From Guillardia theta CCMP2712 (taxonomy: Eukaryota; Protista; Cryptophyta): a DNA stretch of 45,489 bases. The notes beneath the pieces are model-generated. The model was not told the origin of the DNA, searched no databases, and saw only the letters and a list, made by a program, of their open reading frames with translations. The stretch's first letter is position 1. Every line of letters starts with the position of its first letter. The position numbers were made by a program, and so were the translations under genes. The DNA lies in NCBI RefSeq assembly GCF_000315625.1, contig NW_005434473.1:1-45489 (forward strand), read 5' to 3'. Positions 33,837-45,489 of this stretch are shown here, piece by piece.

Positions 33837-35452
33837 GTTTGCGTGGGGCTTTTGCTACGCATCTGCTACCTGAAGCTGAGGCTTCGTTGTACATTACCAT
33901 CTGGATTATTCTTTTTAGCTACTTGATATCTCTCTCTTCAAGGCAAATCAATCTCTCTCTCATCACGGTTTCGGATTTCTTCCGACGGACGGCAAGTTCG
34001 CAATCGCTGGATTAATTCTTTTCTTTTTTCTTTTTTTCTTTTCTTTTGGGCTCTTCTTTGATTCGGGAACTTTCTTCTAACAACACAAAAAACACTAACA
34101 GCAACACACTGTGAACTAAAAATGTAGAAAATAGAAAATGTACTAAAAATGAAGGTTAAACTCAAGCAAATTCAGCCTGCGGCGGTGACCGTCCGTGTTA
34201 CTGTCTTACTAGTTGTAAGTCCTCAGGTCAACTGTGACTCAGCGGCCAGTCTCGGCGGCCGCCGGCCGGGCCCGGTACCGTGCCTCACTGAGCCAGCCGG
34301 CCCCACCTCCCCCGCCCCCTGGGCGGCCGGGCCCCGCGGGCCCGGCTGGGTACTCACCGTACTGGTCGCTCCTTGGTCAGTGCGACCCGTTAAAAAGGAG
34401 GGCCTTTGACCATTTTGACTAGTGTTTTGACCGTCTAGCGATTTGACCTCGTGAAAATTACGAGAATGGTCAGGTGGGTCGGGTGCTCAGGGCTTGAAAT
34501 AGGGGGTGGGGGTAGTCTTTAATGGCCAAAAGTGGGTGGGGGTACAAGGTTGATTGAGAATGGAGCGGCACCTGTTCGTTGTAGGGGTTATGCAGGAAGA
34601 ATGGGGGTACTACAATCAGAGATATGATTGTATACCCCCAATTTTAATGAAATATTCAGGGAAAATCAGGGGTAATGGTATTTGATCATGGGTTCTAATT
34701 TTACATGGTCAACAAAATTAGGGGTAGGTGTAAGTACCCCACCCAGTCATTACGACCAGTTTCAAAGATCACCCCTTGTTTGTGCTACACCTAACAACGG
34801 GATCAGGTGTCCCAATGGGTGAGAAGGGGTGGGATGGAAATTTCGAGTTAGATTACTGGGGTGGTGAAGAGTACCGGGGGTACATAAAAATACTAGGGGT
34901 ACTTGAAATGAAATTTCATTTTAGACGTGAAGATGGTGGGTATAAATGGGTCTTTACAGGGGTATATTCAAAATATTGGGGGGTGTGAACGACGGGGTTA
35001 CTGGAAATGAGTGGTGGGGTATTGTCAACATGGGGTAGGGGTGATGGTAGGTGGGTAGGGTGTGGTGTTCTATGGAATCGGGGGAGTGGAGGCGTGTGGA
35101 ATGGTGTTGGAGAGAATGGCGAACGGAGGGGAAGAGGAATGGAGGATGGAGAAGGGAAGGGAAGGGAAGGGAAGGGATCATGGTAGAAGATAGATAAGAG
35201 ATAGGATGAGAAACTGATGGCAGCAATGTCCACTGAGCGGACGAACTGAAATATCAGATCAGATTTAAATCAAGTTGAAAGAGATATGGTCGAGTCTGTC
35301 AACGGGGAAGACGGCATCTTTGCTGGTCGGCAAGAGACTGACAGGAAGCAGGGAGGAAGATTGGTTTGATACCGAGCGGGAAGACGAGAGCACAAGCCCT
35401 TGAGGAGGGAGGAATCTGAACTCTACATTGCCGGGAATTCATCCAGGTAGCC

Positions 35453-39025
<3,573 letters not shown>

Positions 39026-39378
39026 CGAAGACGAGTTCTTGGAAAGGCCCCACAGCCGTTGATCGCATTTCTCCCTTCTGTTTGTGTGACGAGACATGTG
39101 TAGAAGTTTTGAGGAACGTGTTCAACCCGTCCCTCATTGTGTTGTGATGAGTTTTTCCCGGATGTGCATGTGAAGGTTGTATACAATGTTGCAGCGCAGA
39201 GTTGTTCGCTGTGTAGTTCAATGTCAAATTTTGTGCGAATGAAATGTCTGTACATCTTTAACCTCCCTCGCTCCTCGCCTCGCCTCTTCTCTCTTTCTCC
39301 TCCTCCTCCTCTGCCTCATCCTCCTTCTCCTTCTCCTCCGCCTCCGCTCCTCCTCCCCCCCTCACCTCCTCCTCCTCC

Positions 39379-39792
39379 TCATAGTTCTGCTTTCCTCCTG
39401 AACCCCTTCTCCTTCAAGAGGTCCCGAAGGCGTCCCACGTCGTCCCCGAGCTCTCCAATACTGATTCTCTCCGATGGCTCCGCACTACCATCGTCCTTGT
39501 AGATGTGTAGCTCAGGCACATGGCCCTGTACATACTCAACTTCCAGGTTCTCGTAAGACTTGATCTCTGCTACGTCGGCAGCCGAAGCTCCCTTCACGAA
39601 CAACTTTGTGTTGGGGAGCTTGTTGAGCTTGCAACCAGCGCAGGTGACGAACTTTCCTTTCACCGGTGAGGGAGATGATGTTGTTTGATCTTCAGATGAT
39701 GATGATGATGATGATGATGATGCTGCTGCAACCATCGTCATCGTCATCATTCCGCATGCCATCACGACCAATGCTATCGTCCTCGCCGCCAT
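39379..39792 (-). CDS. Sep15/SelM-family ER thioredoxin-like protein, Cys homolog
   Basis: Signal peptide, TCAGCKLNKLP, YENLEVEYVQGHVPEL, LLKEKGF, C-terminal KAEL. Confidence 0.85.
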   Translation of the reverse strand: MAARTIALVVMACGMMTMTMVAAASSSSSSSSSEDQTTSSPSPVKGKFVTCAGCKLNKLPNTKLFVKGASAADVAEIKSYENLEVEYVQGHVPELHIYKDDGSAEPSERISIGELGDDVGRLRDLLKEKGFRRKAEL

Positions 39793-40662
39793 GTTCTTAT
39801 TATTTCTCGATCCCTTTATGAGTTGAATTGAACCCTCATCCCCGCTCGTGCTCCGGCGGCCCGCCATGCGGCCCGCCCCCCGGGGCCCCCGGCCCGGGCC
39901 CAGTGCGGCCGGGCCTCAGTGGGGCCCGGGCCCGGCGTAGATGGAACGTATGCCAGCCGTGCCAGTCAGATAGCGCCGAGTTAACAAAAACTCTCCTGTA
40001 AACCAAGACGACTTACTATGTCCGTTGAAGGCGGCCGATGGAGCGTGATGGTGTGGGACGAAGAGGGGGCTTTCCTAGCCGTCTTGTTAAGGTCCTCTCA
40101 TGTCTGGATGCTTGGGTTTCACATCCTAGCATACAGTCTATCTCTCATGTGCTCCTCAATTCTGGTTTTGTGTGCATTAAACTCGGTCTTGAGCAAAAAC
40201 TGTCTTGTCACAACCGTACTGGTCGACTAGTACAAGTCTAACAAGCTTGCCAAGTTGTATTCCGAAGTTCCGTCAGTACCCGGCGAGCTCAACCCGCGAC
40301 TCAGTGATCGGACGCTGCCGCCCGGCCGTGCGCCCCCGGCGGGCCCGCGGCCCGGCTGAGATCACTCCGCCAGGCTGTGGCATGCCGGCAGGCGATCCCG
40401 GCGCCGTGACTGTGACAGTGAATCGGACCGTCTGTGACCGGGCCCGGCCCGGCTGGCCGCCCGGCGTCGGGCTGTGCCAGGACTCGGCTAGCGGCACCCG
40501 GCCGCGGGCGCCGCAGTGAGTCGCGGAGTCGCGGAGTCTCGCCGCGCTGAACTTCGGCACGATATGGACTCCGATCGGAGGCGATCACGTGTACAACTTG
40601 TGTCATGCATGATGCGACACTAGTGACAAGGCTATCATCACGTGTTTACAGTCTCAGCCCCT

Positions 40663-41634
40663 TCACTCTCTCACAAGAGCGAGCAAGCAGGAAGGAGGCA
40701 AACCACCAGTCACTTCGGTCTCACTCTTCCTTTCCCTTCTCCGCAGCATCTTCCTGGTCAAGCACCTGAGAGCGTACAGCACCGATGCCAACCCCAGCAG
40801 GACAACGCTGAGCAGGATCTTGCTGGTGGTGACAGCCCTGATCACGATGGGCAGGATGATCTTGTACTTGAAGTCTGTCCTGTCGTTGACCCTCGGGAAC
40901 GGCTCCGTAGGACACTTGTCCCCCAGCTCCAAGAACTTGCACAAAGGTGCCCAACCATCCTTGCCAACCTTAAGCTCCAGCTTCTGCTCGTCGGGGAGCT
41001 TGAAGTCTCTGAACTCCCTCACGTTCTTGTTGAATTCTTCTATGATCTCCTCCCGTGTGATGTTGTTCCGCCTCCCCTCCCCCAGCACCCTGTCCCAGAA
41101 CGCGTCTGGCACAGGCAGTACCGGATCGTGAACATCGGAGAGGGTGTCAAGCATCCTCAGCAACCAGGGATCGGGCAGGATGGTCTGGCTGGCTGACTCG
41201 TACCACCTCTCGGGCTCCCTCACGCTCAGGATCAGCTTCGCACGCGGGTTCAATTCAGATAGCTCCCTCCACCAGGCCGCAACGGGGAAATCCACCGCTG
41301 CCGTGTAGTTCTCAAGGATCTTGCTCAGGATCTCACCCACTGGCTCGCCCTTCACATGCCTCCTCGATGCCTCTGTCCACATGGCCTTGTGATGGGGATT
41401 TCTCTCTATGACCTCCACCATGTGGTAAGTTTTGTATCCCAGCTTATCCAAGGCTACTTTGAGGCTCATTGTTCCTGTCCTCCCCCATCCAGCCCCGATG
41501 ACGGCGAGCTCTGCGGATGAAGGCGAGAGGAAGAGGATAGAGAGTAGAATCAGGAGCATGGCGGAGCTGATGGGGGAGGACGAGAGGGGGAGGGCGCGGG
41601 CAGCAGGAGGACGAGGGATACGAGCGGTGTGCAT
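40663..41634 (-). CDS. Sulfotransferase-domain (Sulfotransfer_4-like) P-loop protein
   Basis: VIGAGWGRTGTMSLKVALDKLGYKTYHM, AAVDFP, AKLILSVREPERWYES, DGWAPLCKFL, PFPRVND. Confidence 0.88.
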   Translation of the reverse strand: MHTARIPRPPAARALPLSSSPISSAMLLILLSILFLSPSSAELAVIGAGWGRTGTMSLKVALDKLGYKTYHMVEVIERNPHHKAMWTEASRRHVKGEPVGEILSKILENYTAAVDFPVAAWWRELSELNPRAKLILSVREPERWYESASQTILPDPWLLRMLDTLSDVHDPVLPVPDAFWDRVLGEGRRNNITREEIIEEFNKNVREFRDFKLPDEQKLELKVGKDGWAPLCKFLELGDKCPTEPFPRVNDRTDFKYKIILPIVIRAVTTSKILLSVVLLGLASVLYALRCLTRKMLRRRERKSETEVTGGLPPSCLLALVRE

Positions 41635-42261
41635 GGAAAAATTCCTTTCTTAAAAAAGCTCTCAATTTTGGCGAGGACCCCCTCTAGTTTTGTAAGTACC
41701 CCTACTTTCTCAATACTTCTACTCTGAAAATCTATTGTTATTTGAGGGTAGGGTAGGGTGGTACACCCCCGTATTCCCCTGATATGTTCTCTTTGTCAGG
41801 TCCCCCGAAATCCCCTCCGTCCCTGTTTGTCAAAATAACACAAATTACCATATTTTGTGAAAACTAAAATATGTTATGATTTTTTGGGGCTCGGCGGCCG
41901 GGTCGGAGAGGACTTTTTGGGTGAGGCGGACCCGGCGAATATGACGAAATGAGGGAGATGGCGCAGAGTGATGGTGGGAGAGGAGAGGAGAGGAGAGGAG
42001 AGGAGAGGAGAGGAGAGGAGAGGAGAGGAGAGGAGAGGAGAGGAGAGGAGAGGAGAGGAGAGGAGAGGAGAGGAGAGAGAAGTAGATCAGAAGAGATCAG
42101 AACAAGGATGGGAGAGGCATAGGTTAAGATCGAGGGGAAGGGAGGATCGGAGTGAGGGGAGTGGGAGGGAGAGAGATAGGGGGTACTGGAGAGAGAAAGA
42201 AGGAGGGGCAGTTCGAAGGAGACGCTGACTTTCGGCTTGCCTGCATGCAGAATCATAGCAG

Positions 42262-42716
42262 ATGCCGTTGTTCAAGGTCGGATCTCTAGCGCTAAAGACC
42301 TTGAGCAAACCCGTAAGTACTGGACACATGCTCTGCCCTGCCAAATGAATCTTCTTGTCTGCAGATTGCAAACGCAATCAAGAGACGGGCAGTGGAGAAG
42401 CCGAGGTTTAAATCATGGTGCCTGTCGTTCGCGCAATGGTGGCACAAATTGGAGGTGCTTTGTCCATGTTGCTCTGTTTGTTTGCTGAACACTGTTTGCT
42501 GAAAACTGTTTGTTTGCTGAACACTGTTTGTTTGCTGAAAACTGTTTGTTTGCTGAAAACTGTTTGTATGCTCAACGCTGTCGCATTGCTGTTGTTGACG
42601 TCCTTGACACGGATCTGACTAGCGGGCAGGTCACGTTAACAGTCAGGCTGATGGGCCATGAAGCGAAGTCGATCAAGTCGCTGAGTGAGACACAGGCTGT
42701 CAACCTTGGAGCCGAT
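42262..42716 (+). CDS. OPA3: OPA3-like mitochondrial protein, 5' exons (continues into the gap)
   Basis: Spliced translation MPLFKVGSLALKTLSKPIANAIKRRAVEKPRFKSWCLSFAQWWHKLE|VTLTVRLMGHEAKSIKSLSETQAVNLGAD. Confidence 0.82.
42473..42566. repeat. Intronic 18-bp minisatellite ctgtttgtttgctgaa(a/c)a
   Basis: About 5 copies visible. Confidence 0.85.
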
Positions 42717-42805
42717 GTAAGTCTGTTGAGCTGAAAGCTGTTCTTCGTTCCTTGAGTCCTAATGTTACGACTATGACGATTGATGATGGAGTTGATGATG
42801 AGGAG

Positions 42806-42852
<47 letters not shown>

Positions 42853-42886
42853 TGATGATGGAGATGGAGATGGAGATGGAGATAGA

Positions 42887-42968
<82 letters not shown>

Positions 42969-43886
42969 NNNNNNNNNNNNNNNNNNNNNNNNNNNNNNNN
43001 NNNNNNNNNNNNNNNNNNNNNNNNNNNNNNNNNNNNNNNNNNNNNNNNNNNNNNNNNNNNNNNNNNNNNNNNNNNNNNNNNNNNNNNNNNNNNNNNNNNN
43101 NNNNNNNNNNNNNNNNNNNNNNNNNNNNNNNNNNNNNNNNNNNNNNNNNNNNNNNNNNNNNNNNNNNNNNNNNNNNNNNNNNNNNNNNNNNNNNNNNNNN
43201 NNNNNNNNNNNNNNNNNNNNNNNNNNNNNNNNNNNNNNNNNNNNNNNNNNNNNNNNNNNNNNNNNNNNNNNNNNNNNNNNNNNNNNNNNNNNNNNNNNNN
43301 NNNNNNNNNNNNNNNNNNNNNNNNNNNNNNNNNNNNNNNNNNNNNNNNNNNNNNNNNNNNNNNNNNNNNNNNNNNNNNNNNNNNNNNNNNNNNNNNNNNN
43401 NNNNNNNNNNNNNNNNNNNNNNNNNNNNNNNNNNNNNNNNNNNNNNNNNNNNNNNNNNNNNNNNNNNNNNNNNNNNNNNNNNNNNNNNNNNNNNNNNNNN
43501 NNNNNNNNNNNNNNNNNNNNNNNNNNNNNNNNNNNNNNNNNNNNNNNNNNNNNNNNNNNNNNNNNNNNNNNNNNNNNNNNNNNNNNNNNNNNNNNNNNNN
43601 NNNNNNNNNNNNNNNNNNNNNNNNNNNNNNNNNNNNNNNNNNNNNNNNNNNNNNNNNNNNNNNNNNNNNNNNNNNNNNNNNNNNNNNNNNNNNNNNNNNN
43701 NNNNNNNNNNNNNNNNNNNNNNNNNNNNNNNNNNNNNNNNNNNNNNNNNNNNNNNNNNNNNNNNNNNNNNNNNNNNNNNNNNNNNNNNNNNNNNNNNNNN
43801 NNNNNNNNNNNNNNNNNNNNNNNNNNNNNNNNNNNNNNNNNNNNNNNNNNNNNNNNNNNNNNNNNNNNNNNNNNNNNNNNNNNNNN

Positions 43887-44206
43887 GCAGCAGCATCACT
43901 TCGAAGGCAGAACGATAACCGAGAACCGTCCTCCTCCCTCCTCCCTCCTCCCTCCTCCCTCCTCCCTCCTCCCTCCTCCCTCCTCCCTCCTCCCTCCTCC
44001 CTCCTCCCTCTGTCCTCTGTCCTGCGCACCTGGCCGAGGATACCAACGCCCTGTCCTCGGTAGAACGTCGGTTCCCACACCTCAAAGATCGCCAGGTCCT
44101 GCAGTGAAGGAGTCTGAGACGGTCGGAGGGACGTGGGAGGGGATGCGTGGAGGCACCGCTGCAGGTATTTGGTTCTCCTCCTCGTCGTCCGAATCCTTCT
44201 CAGGTA
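43887..44206 (-). CDS. Exons of an unidentified gene running into the gap
   Basis: LPEKDSDDEEENQIPAA | DLAIFEVWEPTFYRGQGVGILGQ | DGSRLSFCLRSDAA, bounded by GT-AG sites. Confidence 0.4.
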
Positions 44207-44785
44207 GCTGGCAGGTACAGCACAAGTGAGAACTTCACACCGAGAAGAGGGAGGAGGAGCAAGAGCTTGAGAGTACGAGAAGCTGAGCCAAGGAAAAGAG
44301 TGAAAAGGAAGAGGTGGAGTGCAGGTGAGGAGGAGGAGGGGAGGGTAGTGGTGGTGGTAGTGGTAGCGGTGGTGGTGGTAGTGGTAGCGGTAGCGGTGGT
44401 GGTGGTGGTGGTGGTGGTGGTGGTGGTGGTGGTGGTGGTGGTGGTGGTGGTGGTGGTGGTAGTGGTGGTGGTGGTGGTGGTGGTAATGATGGAGATGATG
44501 ATGGTGTTGTCATTGTTTTCAGTGCTGTTTCTTCCTCTCCCTCCCCTCCTTCTCTTTCCTCCATCGTTCTCCCATGACGATCGTTCAGGTTTGTTTCAAA
44601 CGTCCGTTCAAACGCCGAGCGTTGAAACCAAGGATGTTCAGCAAGAAAGCAAAGACGACAAGTCCACTACTGCGAAGAAACCTTGATAGATCGTCGTTGT
44701 CTAACTTTTCCCCTGCAATCACTTATCTGCTCGTTTCCCTGCCATCATTACATCAAATCATCGACAACATTGTGTGTTGTTGCAA

Positions 44786-44888
44786 TTTTCATCATTACAT
44801 CATATATCACCGAAAAGAAATCACTTTCCATCATTACATCATATATCACCGAAAAGAATTCACTTTCCATCATTACATCATATCACCG
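44786..44888. repeat. 39-bp tandem repeat, about 2.7 copies
   Basis: catcattacatcatatatcaccgaaaagaa(a/t)tcactttc. Confidence 0.85.
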
Positions 44889-45489
44889 ATGTGAAAATCA
44901 CCTGCTGTTCCAAAGACAAACAAGAAAGCCCTCTCAATCTATTTACTGTTTTGCAAAAATAATAATCAAGCTATTTCTCATGACACATCTTTTCTTGTGT
45001 CATGAGTCACTTTGTACTTTATCAGGAAATTCTTTACAACATCATACAGGGACATGTAAATTGCGACATTCGGAACCTGCGCAGATATGTCAGACTTTTG
45101 ACATGTTCCTTTTGTTGAGATTTTCCTACCGTCTTAATGTAATTCAACGTCAACCCGCGATACAGCCCGCGAGTAATCCCCTCCTCCCGCACCTGCCTCT
45201 TCCGTCACTCCCGGCTCCATCTCCATCTCCATCTCCATCTCCATCTCCATCTCCATCTCCATCTCCATCTCCATCTCCATCTCCATCTCCATCTCCATCT
45301 CCTGCTCCCCGCCCCCCCCTCCAGCTACACCAATTTCCTCTTGCTTTCCTCTCATCTTTCTCCAACCTCCTCGTCCTGTTCCATTCCTTCCAACCCTTCA
45401 CCACTCCTCCAACAACCTAGCATCTCCTTCTGATCCTGGTCCTGTTTCCTCCCTTTTCCTGTACTGCCTCCCCCCCCCCTCCCCCCCGG

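Noticed and set aside
42572-45420. Poly-D/M/I/S/V/P ORFs
   Set aside because: Translations of microsatellites and the gap.

Overview
Eukaryotic scaffold with four N gaps (17810-18402, 37574-37812, 38811-38910, 42969-43886). Short GT-AG introns (about 40-80 nt), GC-rich genes and abundant microsatellites suggest a protist, plausibly a cryptophyte such as Guillardia; this is inference only. The window has two parts. (1) About 1-25.7 kb is a lower-GC, rearranged island of orphan genes, possibly mobile or virus-like. It holds a Fanzor1 (eukaryotic TnpB-like) nuclease with intact RuvC motifs and a three-hairpin candidate omegaRNA, and Cys-rich TNFR/GCC2-type surface-protein genes. It also holds a J-domain-like gene split by a TIR element with an AT duplication, a head-to-head pair of diverged orphan paralogs, a 1.38-kb segmental duplication, and several tandem arrays. 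Most arrays are built on a GTACCCC/GGGGTAC core and lie between divergently oriented genes. No viral hallmark gene or transposase was recognised. (2) About 26-45.5 kb holds host-type genes: a double-bHLH factor, a PDZ + DUF726 protein, a Cys homolog of SelM/Sep15, a Sulfotransfer_4-family protein and an OPA3-like gene. These are separated by TACCCC-rich tracts and GC-rich palindromic islands.
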